From an uncultured Trueperaceae bacterium (GTDB lineage: Bacteria > Deinococcota > Deinococci > Deinococcales > Trueperaceae): a stretch of DNA of 64,000 nt. The DNA lies in contig CAWCXJ010000007.1 in the NCBI GenBank assembly GCA_963799485.1, forward strand, positions 64,001 through 128,000, in the 5' to 3' direction. This document shows, piece by piece, positions 1 to 10,930 of this stretch. Below the pieces are notes generated by a model that was given only the letters and a program-made list of their open reading frames with translations, made no database searches and was not told where the DNA came from. The first letter of the stretch is position 1. Each line of letters starts with the position of its first letter. Position numbers and translations under genes: made by a program.

Positions 1-138
1 GAATCTGTATAACCCCAAGCCTGCCGCTGTTTCGAGCACCTGCGCTACACCGTTCAGCCTGCCCTAGCCGCTGCCGGTTCACTACTCAATATCACCTCTA
101 AACCAAACTATTACGTGAGGTTATTTCTGCCGGGGTAC

Positions 139-1164
139 TTAAACGGGTGTCGGATGGGGCTGAAGCAAGCATTTAACCGTTTCCGGCGACCTGAGCAGTT
201 CGTCGAAAAGCCCTGCGCCATCGTCCAGAGACGCACGTCGGCTCGTCAGAAGTTCCGTTGGAATGCGGCCCGCTGCGAGCAGTTCCAACGCCGCCTGAAA
301 ATCTTCGTCGGTGAGCCCGTATGTCCCGAGGATGCTGAGTTGACGCGTCACCACGGCCTGCATATCGACTTCAACAACGCGCGCATTGTTCCCGACCCAA
401 ACCACTGTACCGCCGTCTTTTACGAGCGCAACCGATTGACCGACCGTCGCGCTGATACCGACTGCTTCAAAGGTCACGTCTGCACCCCTGCCGCCGGTAA
501 ACGCACGAACGACGCCGAGCGCATCTTCCTCGTTGGGACTGAATGTCCGCGTCACACCGAGCGAGCGGGCGACCTCGAGCCTTGCGTCACTCACGTCGCT
601 GACGATGACAGTTGAAATGCCGGACGAAAGCAGTACCGACGCCAGAAGCAGCCCTATCGTTCCGGCCCCGGCGATAAATGCTGTGTCGTAAGTCGGGGCG
701 AGTTTGCGCGACACCTCGGCTGCGTGAAGTGCGACGGCCAGGGGTTCGGCGAAAGCACCCGCGTCGTAAGAGAGCCCCGCGGGTAGCGGGAAAAGCCGTC
801 CGGCAGGCCAGACGACGTGCGTCGCATACGCGCCGGGGGCGTCCATCCCCAACAGGCGGCGCTGAGCGTTCTCGAGCAAAAGTGGCATCACCGCGACTCT
901 CGCCCCGACCTCGAGCCCTTTTACGGCTTCACCGACCTGCACCACTCGTCCGGTCGCCTCGTGGCCCATAATCAGCGGCGGGGTGCGGCGTCCGCTGGCA
1001 CCTGTGTAGCCGTGTAAATCCGAACCGCAGACTCCCGCAGCCCGAACTTCAACAAGTACATCGTCGGGGCGGGTCAGTTCGGGTAGGGGCAGCGTTTGCA
1101 GCTCGAGCCGCCCAATCTCCGTCATTACCAGCGCCCGCATCGTTTTGTCTATTGTTTTTGTCAT
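139..1164 (-). CDS. Zinc-binding alcohol/polyol dehydrogenase (MDR family), lacking the 4-Cys structural-zinc loop
   Basis: GVCGSDLH and MGHEATG catalytic Zn motifs, GAGTIG Rossmann motif; ATG at 1164 with AAGGGG RBS. Confidence 0.85.
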   Translation of the reverse strand: MTKTIDKTMRALVMTEIGRLELQTLPLPELTRPDDVLVEVRAAGVCGSDLHGYTGASGRRTPPLIMGHEATGRVVQVGEAVKGLEVGARVAVMPLLLENAQRRLLGMDAPGAYATHVVWPAGRLFPLPAGLSYDAGAFAEPLAVALHAAEVSRKLAPTYDTAFIAGAGTIGLLLASVLLSSGISTVIVSDVSDARLEVARSLGVTRTFSPNEEDALGVVRAFTGGRGADVTFEAVGISATVGQSVALVKDGGTVVWVGNNARVVEVDMQAVVTRQLSILGTYGLTDEDFQAALELLAAGRIPTELLTSRRASLDDGAGLFDELLRSPETVKCLLQPHPTPV

Positions 1165-1168
1165 TGCG

Positions 1169-1993
1169 TCACCCCTTGACCCCGCCCCCAACCAGCCAAC
1201 CGCCGTCCACCACAATCGTCTGACCCGTAATATAGGCCCCGGCGTCCGACGCTAACAGTACCGTCGCCCCGGCGAGGTCGGCGGGTATCCCCGGACGACC
1301 CTGCGGAATCACACTCACCGCGCTTTCGTAAAGCTCGGGGTCTGAAAAGACCGCGTCGGTCATTGCCGTCCAGAATCGCCCCGGTGCGATGGCGTTGACC
1401 TGAATGTTGTAGGCTGCCCACTCGACCGCCAGCGCCCGTGTCAGCTGCCGGAGACCGCCCTTACTCACCGCGTAGAGCGCGATATTGGGCACGACAATCT
1501 CAAACGAAAGCGACCCCAAATTGATGATTTTGCCGCCGCCCTGCGCGCGCATCAGCTCACCTGCTGCCTGACACGCAAAAAACGCACCTTTTAGGTTGAC
1601 GTTCATCAGCGTATCCCAGTCGGTTTCGGAGAACGTTGCGGCGCTCTGACGGAGGTTGATACCCGCTGCGTTGACGAGAATATCGAGCCGCCCGAAGTGC
1701 GCGTGTGCGCCTGAGACCATCTTCTGCACCTCGGCAACTTGAGACACGTCGGTTGGGAAAATAACGGCCTTTCGCCCCGTTTGCCGAACCAACTCAGCGG
1801 CCTCGGTAAGCTGCCCTTCAGACCGCGCGGCGAGCGCAACGTCCGCGCCGCTGTGCGCGAGGGCGAGCGCCATGCCCAGACCGAGACCACGGCTGCCGCC
1901 GGTGACGAGCGCCGCGCGCCCGTCCAAGCGCAAACTCGGCATGGCGAAGTCGCGGTCTAGCGGGCGGCTAGCAGGACGGCTGTTTTGGGGCAT
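1169..1993 (-). CDS. SDR oxidoreductase, gluconate 5-dehydrogenase/KduD-like
   Basis: TGGSRGLG, YAVSK catalytic YxxxK, C-terminal VDGG. Confidence 0.85.
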   Translation of the reverse strand: MPQNSRPASRPLDRDFAMPSLRLDGRAALVTGGSRGLGLGMALALAHSGADVALAARSEGQLTEAAELVRQTGRKAVIFPTDVSQVAEVQKMVSGAHAHFGRLDILVNAAGINLRQSAATFSETDWDTLMNVNLKGAFFACQAAGELMRAQGGGKIINLGSLSFEIVVPNIALYAVSKGGLRQLTRALAVEWAAYNIQVNAIAPGRFWTAMTDAVFSDPELYESAVSVIPQGRPGIPADLAGATVLLASDAGAYITGQTIVVDGGWLVGGGVKG

Positions 1994-2012
1994 AACTTAT
2001 ATACACAGCCTA

Positions 2013-3128
2013 CTACAAATCGGGCTCGAGCATAATCTTCACCCCTTCACCGCGCAGCAGCATCTCCATCCCTTCGGCAAACCGGCTGAGCGGCAAACGG
2101 TGCGTAACAATAGCGCCCGCGTCCACCACACCCCGGTAAAGATAATCGATCGCCAGCGGATAACAGTACGGCCCCAGGTGCGCGCCGTGGATGTTGAGTT
2201 CTTTGCGGTCGCCGATAATCGACCAGTCGGCGGTCGTCGGTGAACCGAACACCCCGAACGCGACGAATGTTCCGAGCTTGCGAATCATATTGAGGCCGTT
2301 GACAACCGCTTGCGGATACCCGGTCGCTTCGATAAACACGTCCGCGCCGTAACCGTCGGTCAAGTCTTTGACGCTCTGCACCGGGTCTTGTTCGTTGATG
2401 TTGATGACGATATCTGCGCCGAGCTTTTTGGCCAGCTCGAGCCGCTCCGGTTTGCCGTCTTGGACAATGATCAAGCCGGGATTTTTTTGTTTGATGACCT
2501 GCAACTTGAGCAGCCCCAACGTTCCGGCACCCGCCAGCACGACCGTATCGCCGAGCTGGATGTCGCCGCGTTCAACCGCGTGGATGGCGCACGCTAGCGG
2601 CTCGATAAGGACACCGGCTTCCAACGACATGTCGTCCGGCACCTTGTGAACGCGGGCGTTCACACCGAACTTCATATACTCGGCCCACGCCCCGTCCGCG
2701 ACCTCGCGCTGAAACCCGTAGATGTTATGAACCTCGCACATCCAGTACTGCCCACGTTTGCAGTAACGGCACTCGTCACACGGATAAATTTGTTCGGCTA
2801 TCGCCTTGTCACCGACTTTAAGGCCGTGCTTCTCCCCGGCTCCTTCACCAAGCTCTGTAACGGTGCCGAAAAACTCGTGACCGGGCGTCACCGGCACCTT
2901 GACGTAAGGGTCGTCGCCGTCCCAGAACATTCCGCTGCCGGTAAAGCATTTGCCGTCCGAGCCGCAAATCCCCGACGCGTCAACGTGAATTACGACCTCG
3001 CCCGGCCCGGCGGTGGGTTTGGCGATGGTCTCCAAGCGGTAATCGCGCGGGCCGTAGTTACGCACCGCCATCATCGTTTCGGCGGCAGTTTCCGGTGAGC
3101 TTGTTTCTTTGGTCAGGGTGTCCGACAT
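2013..3128 (-). CDS. Zn-dependent polyol dehydrogenase, erythritol/L-threitol dehydrogenase (EltD)-like
   Basis: GICGSDGKC...MFW...PGHEF, CxxCxxCx7C cluster, DWSIIGDRKEL motif recalled from the EltD group. Confidence 0.75.
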   Translation of the reverse strand: MSDTLTKETSSPETAAETMMAVRNYGPRDYRLETIAKPTAGPGEVVIHVDASGICGSDGKCFTGSGMFWDGDDPYVKVPVTPGHEFFGTVTELGEGAGEKHGLKVGDKAIAEQIYPCDECRYCKRGQYWMCEVHNIYGFQREVADGAWAEYMKFGVNARVHKVPDDMSLEAGVLIEPLACAIHAVERGDIQLGDTVVLAGAGTLGLLKLQVIKQKNPGLIIVQDGKPERLELAKKLGADIVININEQDPVQSVKDLTDGYGADVFIEATGYPQAVVNGLNMIRKLGTFVAFGVFGSPTTADWSIIGDRKELNIHGAHLGPYCYPLAIDYLYRGVVDAGAIVTHRLPLSRFAEGMEMLLRGEGVKIMLEPDL

Positions 3129-3187
3129 TTCAGCTCCTTAAAGTCGTGTGTGTTTCACGATTAGTGTACGCGCTCGTTACGTTATCC

Positions 3188-3600
3188 TCACCATATTTCA
3201 CTGCGCCCATGGTCGACCCGGCGACGATGTGGCGCTGAATCAGAAAGGCCAAGATGGCAACAGGCAAAATCTGTGAGGTTGCGCCCGCTGCTATCTGCTC
3301 CCGGACGGTGTCGGTCTGCCCCCAAAAGGTCGTCGGCACGACCGTAAACGTTCCGGCGTCGCGGCTCGTTAAAAAGAGCGGCATCAGGAACTCGTTCCAA
3401 AAGAGCGCCGTAAAAATCACGACTGTCGCGACGCCACCCAAACTGGATCGGCACGGCGCACAGCAAAACTCGAGCCAGTTGCCGCCGTCCACTTGGGGAG
3501 CCTCGAGCACTTCCCCCGGCGGCTGCCGCATAAACGAGGTGACCGTATGCCAAAGGGTAAATTGGAATTGGCTAGTTACAGTACACACCTGAAGTAGAGA
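3188..3600 (-). pseudogene. Degenerate 3' fragment of a MalG-type carbohydrate ABC permease
   Basis: EVLEAPQVDG (EAA-loop relic), FWNEF and QRHIVAGSTMGAVK; no N-terminal half. Confidence 0.7.
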
Positions 3601-3702
3601 AAACGAAGCCTTCAGCCACCTTGTTGCAACCTTATCACCAGGTGTCTCGCTCGCACCAACAACGCGTCTTGGAGAAAGCGATGAACTACTCCAAAATACC
3701 CT

Positions 3703-4431
3703 CTAGATGTCTATACTTTGGGGTAAAATCACCAGGTCACGGATCGTGATGTTGCGCGGACGCGTCAGCATATAAAGTACCGCGTCTGCCACCACCTCAG
3801 GTTGCATCAGACTGCCTGCAGCCAGCGCCTCTTCCAGCTTGGCTTTAGGCCAGTCGTCGAGTAGAGCGGTCACAACCGGCCCCGGCGCTACCGCGCAGAC
3901 CCGGAGGCCGTGGGGCGCAACCTGCCTACGCAGCGCGTGAACAAAGGCCTGCACGGCGTGTTTCGAGGCGCTGTAGATCGGCTCCCAGACGACCGGAATC
4001 ATCCCGGCAACCGAACTCGTCATCACGACGTCGCCCGTACCGCGCTCTATCATTTTGGGCAGCACCGCGTGGACGGACCGGAAAGCCGCGCTGATGTTGA
4101 GGTTAAGCATGCGGTCCCACGCATCGGGATTACCCTCGGCCACCGGCCCCCCAACGTAGCTACCGGCGTTAGCATGGAAAATGTCGAGGGGTCCAACCAG
4201 CTTCTCTATTTCAGCCCCGAGACCTGAGGTTTGAGTCGGCTCGAGCAGATCAACTTTTAGCCTATGCGCATTTGAACCCAGCTCCCGACAGAGGCCGTCC
4301 AGCTTGTCCTCGTCGCGGTCGATTAGCACCACCTGGGCACCTTCGCCCAACAGGGCGCGAACGCACGCCAGTCCGATGCCTGAGGCCGCTCCCGTTACTG
4401 CGGCGGTTTTTCCTTCAAGCTGTTTGGGCAT
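3703..4431 (-). CDS. rbtD: Ribitol 2-dehydrogenase (SDR)
   Basis: [30 protein letters not shown] and [16 protein letters not shown] match the RbtD sequence as I recall it. Confidence 0.85.
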   Translation of the reverse strand: MPKQLEGKTAAVTGAASGIGLACVRALLGEGAQVVLIDRDEDKLDGLCRELGSNAHRLKVDLLEPTQTSGLGAEIEKLVGPLDIFHANAGSYVGGPVAEGNPDAWDRMLNLNISAAFRSVHAVLPKMIERGTGDVVMTSSVAGMIPVVWEPIYSASKHAVQAFVHALRRQVAPHGLRVCAVAPGPVVTALLDDWPKAKLEEALAAGSLMQPEVVADAVLYMLTRPRNITIRDLVILPQSIDI

Positions 4432-4449
4432 AGCCTGTATTCCTTTCTG

Positions 4450-5691
4450 TTAGGCGCGGCCGCTGCTGGCACGCGAGCGGCGGGCAAGCGAATCCACGAT
4501 CACTGCAATCGCAAGAACGGCCCCGGTAATCATAAAGCGCAGCGACGAGCTGAGGTTCAGCAAGGTCAGCCCACTTGAAATCGCCTGAATGACCAGCACC
4601 CCGAGCAGCGCAGACCAAGCCGACCCACGCCCGCCGAAAAGCGAGGTACCGCCGATGACCGCAGCCGCAATAGCATTAAGGTTTACATCACCGGTACCTG
4701 CCTGGAGGCTGGACGAGGCCAGCCGCGCCGCCGAAAACACACCACCTAGCGCTGCAAACGCCGAGCAGAGCATAAACGCCGTCAGCCGGATTTGCCGTAC
4801 GTTAATCCCCGAGCGGCGGGCGGCTTCGGCGTTCCCGCCCACGGCGAACAGCGACCGGCCCCATTTTGTGCGGGTGAACGCGTAGTTCATCACCACTACG
4901 AACAGAATAAATACGGCAAACATCCACGGTACGCCGCGTCCTCTTTCGAGATAATAAACGGCGAAGACCAGGGCCGCGGTGATGCTAACCGATTTGATCA
5001 CGACCACGCTGGGACTGCTCGAGGACAAGTTGGCTTCACTGCGACGCTTTCTCGTTGCAAAGTCTCCTAACACCATCACGACGCCGGGCAGCACGGCGAG
5101 CGTGTACGACAGCCAGGCCGGAATAATTAGCAGCTGACCGAAGCGCACCAGCATAGAGTCGAAAGGCAGGTTGATCGAGCCGCTAGGCCCGAGGATATAA
5201 AGTTGAACGCCCAGTAGCGCCAGCAGCCCAGCTAAAGTAGCAATGAAACTCGGCATCTCAAAACGGTTGCGCAGCACGCCGTAAACCAGACCGGTAACAG
5301 CGCCCGTAGCGACCGCGCCCAGCATGGCTAGCGGCAGCGGCAGCCCCGTATTGATCCATAAAATACCCATGATCGCCGAGGCGAGGCCGCTCATCGAACC
5401 GATAGACAGGTCGATCTCGCCTAAGAGCAAAACGCAGATGACGCCAAGCGCGATGAGGCCCACCGCGGCAGCGTCGAATAGCAGGTTGGCTAGGTTGTTT
5501 GGTGCTAAAAATATCGGATTGAGCGACGTAAAGACGGCGGTAATCAGGAGTAGGCCGATCACGACCGGCAGCACGCCCAAGTCGCCCGACCTTACACTGT
5601 CGAGAAAAGCGCGGAAAGCCCCGGCGATCCCCTCGTCCTGACGAACCCTCGAGTCCGCACGGTCGAGTAGCGGAGTTTGACGTTTAGACAT
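4450..5691 (-). CDS. Sugar/polyol ABC transporter permease (XylH-like, CUT2)
   Basis: GEIDLSIGS, AVGGNAEAARRSGI, IAAAVIGGTSLFGGRG. Confidence 0.9.
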   Translation of the reverse strand: MSKRQTPLLDRADSRVRQDEGIAGAFRAFLDSVRSGDLGVLPVVIGLLLITAVFTSLNPIFLAPNNLANLLFDAAAVGLIALGVICVLLLGEIDLSIGSMSGLASAIMGILWINTGLPLPLAMLGAVATGAVTGLVYGVLRNRFEMPSFIATLAGLLALLGVQLYILGPSGSINLPFDSMLVRFGQLLIIPAWLSYTLAVLPGVVMVLGDFATRKRRSEANLSSSSPSVVVIKSVSITAALVFAVYYLERGRGVPWMFAVFILFVVVMNYAFTRTKWGRSLFAVGGNAEAARRSGINVRQIRLTAFMLCSAFAALGGVFSAARLASSSLQAGTGDVNLNAIAAAVIGGTSLFGGRGSAWSALLGVLVIQAISSGLTLLNLSSSLRFMITGAVLAIAVIVDSLARRSRASSGRA

Positions 5692-5699
5692 TACAGCTC

Positions 5700-6521
5700 C
5701 TAGGCCTCGAGCTTCCGCGCGGCGCGGCGAGAGACGGAATTATCCGACGCCCCGGTAATGGCGGCGACCAGTTCCTCGTGAGAGCTTTCCATGGTAAAGA
5801 CGCCGTTATTTTTACCAAGCCGCAAAACCACGATCCGGTCGGCGACGGCGCGGACATCCTCCATGTTGTGAGAAATCAAGATCACCCCGTGGCCTCGGTC
5901 CCGAACACGTTCGATCAGGTTCAAAACCTCGGCTGTTTGCGCGACACCCAAAGCCGCGGTGGGCTCGTCTAGCATGATGATTTCAGGCTCGAGCAGAAGC
6001 GAGCGTGCAATCGCGACGGTTTGACGCTGACCACCTGAGAGCGAGGCGACAGGTTCCCGTACCGAGGGGATGCGCGCCGCAAGTTCGCGTAGCAGCGTCC
6101 AGGCCCGGACTTCCATCTGCACTTCGTCCAGCTGCCAAGGCGACAGCTCGTGGCCCAGAAAAAGATTGGCGACGACATCGAGGTTTTCACAAAGTGCCAG
6201 GTCTTGGAATACTGTCGCAATCCCCAGTTCTAAAGCTGTACTAGGATCGCTCAGGTTGACTTTTTTCCCGAGAAACTCAATCGTTCCGGAAGTTGCCTGA
6301 TGAACCCCGGCCAGCACCTTGACCAGCGTCGATTTGCCTGCGCCGTTGTCGCCGACTAGGGCCACGACTTCCCCGGCATGAACCTCGAGTTCGATGTCGG
6401 ACAAGGCGGTCACCGCCCCGAACTTCTTGGATACCCCCGAAAGACGCAGGAGCAGCTCCCCGTGCGCTCTTTCTGTCTGTTTTTGTGTCGTGTGCGCTCT
6501 TTCTGCCTGGTGTTGTGTCAT
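5700..6521 (-). CDS. Sugar ABC transporter ATP-binding protein
   Basis: GDNGAGKST Walker A, LSGGQRQ signature, LDEPT. Confidence 0.92.
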   Translation of the reverse strand: MTQHQAERAHTTQKQTERAHGELLLRLSGVSKKFGAVTALSDIELEVHAGEVVALVGDNGAGKSTLVKVLAGVHQATSGTIEFLGKKVNLSDPSTALELGIATVFQDLALCENLDVVANLFLGHELSPWQLDEVQMEVRAWTLLRELAARIPSVREPVASLSGGQRQTVAIARSLLLEPEIIMLDEPTAALGVAQTAEVLNLIERVRDRGHGVILISHNMEDVRAVADRIVVLRLGKNNGVFTMESSHEELVAAITGASDNSVSRRAARKLEA

Positions 6522-6626
6522 GTGGTGATGTCCTCCAGTCGAAGCGGGCTGAGCACCTCGTCGGCAGCTCAGCCCAAGGGAAGGTGCAGAACCGGAGGGT
6601 AAGCCGGTTTCGCACCACCGAACCCT

Positions 6627-7679
6627 TTACTCGGTCAAGCCGAGTTCGCGGCAACCCTCGGCATATTCAGCCGTACAAAGCTGTTCGGTAGAAACGATGC
6701 CTGTATCCACGACGACTTCCTTGAGATTCTCGCGGGTAACGACCTCGGGAACGAAAAGCTGGGCAGGCGTATCGTAGATCGTAGTCTCGGCTTCGGGTGT
6801 TTCACCGTTGAGGAAGGTGACCGCCACCTGTGCCGCGGCCCTGCCGACGATTTCGCTCGGCTTAGAAATCGTGTTGTACTGATCGCCCGCAATAATCAGT
6901 TGCAGCGCCGAAATCTCGGCGTCGTTCCCGGTGACGGGCGGGATCGGATTGACGCCTTGTGCCTTGAACGCAGCGACGGAACCACCGGCGGTTCCGTCGT
7001 TGGCTGCTACAACTCCCACGATCTGTGCGCCAAAACGAGTGATTTGACCACTTACCCACCTTTGCGCTTCGGGCGGCGCCCAGTTTGGCGTATCGAATTC
7101 AGCCAGCGTTTTGTAACCGGATTTAGCTAGCGCGTCACGCGATCCCTGGGCAATCAGACGCGCGGCAGCATCGGTCGGCGAACCATTGACTTGCAAAACG
7201 CCGCCATTGTCCGTCGGTACGCTGGTGTCTTGCAGATGTTTCACCAGGCTTTCCGCGATAGCGTAGCCGATTCCTTCGTTGTCGAAGGAAACATAGAAGT
7301 CCGGTGCAAGTTCGGGGATGGGACGGTCATAAGCAATGACCTTCACGTTCTGTGCTCGGCCCGCCTCGACAAGCGCAGCCGCAGCTCCCGAGTCGACGGG
7401 GTCCAGCACAATGACAGAGGCACCTTGCGAAATCATCGAGTTGAACTGCTGTTGCTGGAGCGTCGCGTCGGCGTTGGCATTCTGATAAACGGCCGTGCAG
7501 TCCGGGCAAAGCTTGTCCAGCTCAGCCTTGAAACCGGGCCAGTCGCGCTCGTCGTAGCGCGTAGAGCCTTGGTCGGGCATCAGAAAGCCTACGGTTCCTG
7601 CCGTCTGGGCGAAACTGGCGGTGCTGCTCAGCAGAAACAACACCAGTGTTACAGATACAACGGTCAACCGGGTTCTCAT
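6627..7679 (-). CDS. Sugar ABC transporter substrate-binding protein (XylF-like)
   Basis: Signal peptide from ATG 7679 (AGGAGGAG RBS); IAYDR, VSFDN, NGSPTD, AANDG, TGND motifs. Confidence 0.9.
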   Translation of the reverse strand: MRTRLTVVSVTLVLFLLSSTASFAQTAGTVGFLMPDQGSTRYDERDWPGFKAELDKLCPDCTAVYQNANADATLQQQQFNSMISQGASVIVLDPVDSGAAAALVEAGRAQNVKVIAYDRPIPELAPDFYVSFDNEGIGYAIAESLVKHLQDTSVPTDNGGVLQVNGSPTDAAARLIAQGSRDALAKSGYKTLAEFDTPNWAPPEAQRWVSGQITRFGAQIVGVVAANDGTAGGSVAAFKAQGVNPIPPVTGNDAEISALQLIIAGDQYNTISKPSEIVGRAAAQVAVTFLNGETPEAETTIYDTPAQLFVPEVVTRENLKEVVVDTGIVSTEQLCTAEYAEGCRELGLTE

Positions 7680-7796
7680 CACTTTCTCCTCCTTGATTTG
7701 CAATTTAGGTTCGTAAGCCAGCTTCCTAGCAACTACCTTCCGCCTCACCAGTGAAATTGAGATGGTGTGTACGGACGTAAAACCGCCGCCGAGTCT

Positions 7797-8801
7797 CTAC
7801 ATGGCGCTCCTTTCCCCTAGGGCCGCCGTTGAACCCCGGTGGACAAGCTGTGGCGCGATGATGGCGCTGCGCGCGTGCGCCGGAAGTTCGGTCGGGTTCA
7901 GGAGCAGCTCGGCGGCGTGCGCGCCGAGTGTAGAAATGTCTTGGGCGACCGTCGAGAGGGGTGGTAAGAGCAACCGGCCCATTTCGATGTTGTCAAAGCC
8001 GATGAGCGACACGTCTTCAGGAATCCGGTGTCCCTGCCCTAGAAGCGTCCGCCACGCACCTATCGCAACGATGTCGTTGGTTGCAAAAATCGCTGTCGGG
8101 GGTTTGGATAGCTGCGTCAGTTCGGCGGCACGCTCGCCTAGAGAGAGGTCTTGCGCCCCGTAACAGATATAGGGCGGCTCGAGCCTTACCCCACTCTCAG
8201 CGAGTGCTGCGATAAACCCGTCCATTCGTGAGCGCATGTTCGACACCTCGGCGTCACCGACGAGCGCGCCGATTCGGGTGTGACCGAGTTCCAAAAGGTG
8301 CTCAGCCGCCAGCCGCCCGCCCAGATAGTTGTCTGAAGCTACCGAGACCTGCCCGGCGACGGGCCGGTCGAGAAACACGACCGGCGTTTGAGTTTCTCTT
8401 GCGAGGTCGGGCAGGTCGCTCAGTTCACTGTCGTAGATCACCAAAATACCGTCGGCGCGGCGGTCGAGCAGGTTGAGAAAGTGTGCGCGCTCCCGCGCCG
8501 CGCCGCGGGCCGAATCGCACAAGAACATCTGAAAGCCCGCGTCCCATAACCGGTGCTCGATGACCCGGGCCAACTCTGCATAAAACGGGTTGGAGATATC
8601 CGGGATGATCAGGCCAACCGTCTGCGTCTGCCCCCGCCGCAAAGAACGTGCGCCCTGGTCAACTCGGTAGCCGAGCGTGTCGATGGCGCGCTGGATCCGC
8701 TCCGCCTTGGCAGGCGACACCGGTACCCGGTCGTTCAGATAGTGCGACACACTCCCCAAAGACACACCCGCCGCCTTTGCAACGTCTTTCATCGTAGCCA
8801 T
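7797..8801 (-). CDS. LacI-family transcriptional regulator
   Basis: ATMKDVAKAAGVS HTH; IPEDVSLIGFDN. Confidence 0.93.
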   Translation of the reverse strand: MATMKDVAKAAGVSLGSVSHYLNDRVPVSPAKAERIQRAIDTLGYRVDQGARSLRRGQTQTVGLIIPDISNPFYAELARVIEHRLWDAGFQMFLCDSARGAARERAHFLNLLDRRADGILVIYDSELSDLPDLARETQTPVVFLDRPVAGQVSVASDNYLGGRLAAEHLLELGHTRIGALVGDAEVSNMRSRMDGFIAALAESGVRLEPPYICYGAQDLSLGERAAELTQLSKPPTAIFATNDIVAIGAWRTLLGQGHRIPEDVSLIGFDNIEMGRLLLPPLSTVAQDISTLGAHAAELLLNPTELPAHARSAIIAPQLVHRGSTAALGERSAM

Positions 8802-8829
8802 AAAACCTTTCTACCGCTTGTGTAAACAG

Positions 8830-8859
8830 AGCTTAGCACACTTCTTGAATCGTTTCAAG
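8830..8859 (-). promoter_or_regulatory. Promoter (TTGAAA-17bp-TAAGCT with extended TG) with LacI operator CTTGAATCGTTTCAAG (8844-8859) over the -35
   Basis: Near-perfect palindrome with central CG typical of LacI sites, directly upstream of the LacI-led operon. Confidence 0.7.
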
Positions 8860-9073
8860 TACCTCGCAGGTCTCCAAGAACACGGAACCGTAACGCTAAG
8901 CTACGCTGGATGACGAAAAGCTCGAGGCACGTCTCGAGCGCTGTAGTTGGCAACGTTTTCCAGAGTTGTCAGCTCATATGCTAAAGTTCAGGTGAATGTG
9001 TCAGGCGCAGCGCCGACCTGACCCCATATAGGCGGACAACCGTTTCAGGGCTGAAATCCAGCTATTTAAGTAG

Positions 9074-10417
9074 GTGAATCTTTTGCGCGCGCACGTTATA
9101 ACTCACGGCTGTCAGATGAACGAATACGACACCCACACCGTTTTGTCCGAACTCGCGGCGGGCGGACATCAGGTTGTCGGCACGCCCGAAGACGCAGATT
9201 TGATTATCTTGAATACCTGCGCGGTACGCGGTAAACCCGTTGAAAAAGTCGTGACGATGTTGGGCGAATACCGTAAACAAAAACTTGCCGGACGCGACCT
9301 GACCGTCGGGATGATGGGGTGTCTGGCGCAACTCGACGAGGGTCAGGAAATCGCCCGTAAATTCGGGGTGGATATTCTGGTCGGGCCGGGGGCGATTACC
9401 GATATCTTGAACGCCATCGAAGCAGTCGAGCAGAAAAAGGAACCGTACTGGAGCCTCGAGTTTAAGGGCGACTTGCACGAACACCTGACCCCGGCCCCAA
9501 ATACGCTGACCGGCTTTTTAACCATCATGCGCGGTTGCAATCACCACTGCACCTACTGTATCGTGCCGCAAACCCGCGGGCCGGAAGTCTCGCGGTCTTT
9601 AGAGAGCATCTTGCACGAAGCTAAAGCGATGCAGCAAAACGGCGTCCAGGAAATCTACCTGCTGGGTCAAAACGTCAATTCTTACGGTTTAGGGCGGGAC
9701 GATTTGCCCTCGTTTGCCGAACTTTTACGGCGCGTCGCCGATACCGGCATCCCGCGCGTCAAGTTTACGACCTCGCACCCGATGAACTTTACCTCGGACG
9801 TGATCGACGCCGTAGCCGAGTTTGATAACATCTGCAAGTACATCCACCTGCCGGTGCAGTCGGGTTCAGACCGGATTTTACGGCGGATGGCGCGCGAATA
9901 TCGCCGCGAGCGTTACTTAGATATTGTCGCTGAAATCAAGACCAAAGTCCCTGACGTGGTTCTCTCTACGGATATTATCGTCGGTTTCCCCGGTGAGACC
10001 GAAGAAGATTTCGGCGCAACCATGTCGCTCTACGAAGAGGTTCAGTACGACACCGCGTACATGTTTATGTACTCGGCGCGGCCCGGTACGCCGTCTTACA
10101 CGCATTTTGACGATTTACCGCGTGAGGTCAAAACGGAGCGGCTCCAGCGGCTGATTGAACGGCAAAAACATTGGTCGTACCTAAAAAACCAGCGCTGGGT
10201 CGGGCGCGAGCTGCGCGTCTTGATCCGTGAAGCGGCGACCGATTCGCAGTACGTGGTCGGGCATTCAGACCAGAATCACACGGTGTTGGTGCCGCGCGAG
10301 CAGGTCGGCGAGATGGGCCTTTACGCCGTAAAAGTCGAAACGGCAACGCCGCACACGCTTTACGGAAACGTCGCCGGAATAAAACGGGAGAGCATTCCGC
10401 TGATGATGGCGTCGTAG
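9074..10417 (+). CDS. miaB: tRNA-2-methylthio-N6-dimethylallyladenosine synthase
   Basis: [14 protein letters not shown], radical-[30 protein letters not shown]-like C-terminus. Confidence 0.95.
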   Translation: MNLLRAHVITHGCQMNEYDTHTVLSELAAGGHQVVGTPEDADLIILNTCAVRGKPVEKVVTMLGEYRKQKLAGRDLTVGMMGCLAQLDEGQEIARKFGVDILVGPGAITDILNAIEAVEQKKEPYWSLEFKGDLHEHLTPAPNTLTGFLTIMRGCNHHCTYCIVPQTRGPEVSRSLESILHEAKAMQQNGVQEIYLLGQNVNSYGLGRDDLPSFAELLRRVADTGIPRVKFTTSHPMNFTSDVIDAVAEFDNICKYIHLPVQSGSDRILRRMAREYRRERYLDIVAEIKTKVPDVVLSTDIIVGFPGETEEDFGATMSLYEEVQYDTAYMFMYSARPGTPSYTHFDDLPREVKTERLQRLIERQKHWSYLKNQRWVGRELRVLIREAATDSQYVVGHSDQNHTVLVPREQVGEMGLYAVKVETATPHTLYGNVAGIKRESIPLMMAS

Positions 10418-10418
10418 T

Positions 10419-10859
10419 TTGCCCGCTGTAACTCGAGACTTTACCGCGACGACGTTTGTCGTCTGGCAGGGCGGCGTCCTGCTGCACAAACACAAAAAGC
10501 TGGGGCGCTGGTTTCCGCCCGGTGGTCACGTCGAAAAAGACGAACTCCCCGACGACGCAGCGGTGCGCGAGGTTTTAGAAGAGTCGGGGGTGCCGGTCGC
10601 TCTAATCGGCGAGCGGGCCTTGCCCCTAACCGAACCGCGTCAACTCATCCGGCCTCGGGGGGTACAGCTCGAGACCATCGCCCCGAATCACGAACATATC
10701 GACCTGATTTATTTTGCCAAACCGTATTCAGGTTATAACGGCGCACTTTTGGAGACGGATAAAACGCTCGGCTGGTACGACAAGATGGGTTTGGAGGGGC
10801 TCGAGCTGACCGAAGAGATCCGCCACTGGACGACGCTCGCGCTTTTAGAACTCGGCTGA
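10419..10859 (+). CDS. NUDIX hydrolase
   Basis: GGHVEKDELPDDAAVREVLEESG Nudix box. Confidence 0.9.
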   Translation: MPAVTRDFTATTFVVWQGGVLLHKHKKLGRWFPPGGHVEKDELPDDAAVREVLEESGVPVALIGERALPLTEPRQLIRPRGVQLETIAPNHEHIDLIYFAKPYSGYNGALLETDKTLGWYDKMGLEGLELTEEIRHWTTLALLELG

Positions 10860-10869
10860 GGGCTCAACC

Positions 10870-10903
10870 AAAAAAAGACGTGGTCAAACGAACCACGCCC
10901 CTT
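10870..10903 (-). terminator. Intrinsic terminator of the second polyol operon
   Basis: Minus strand GGGCGTGGT-loop-ACCACGTCT followed by a T run. Confidence 0.7.
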
Positions 10904-10930
10904 GCTAAAGACCGAGTTATTTAACCCAAG

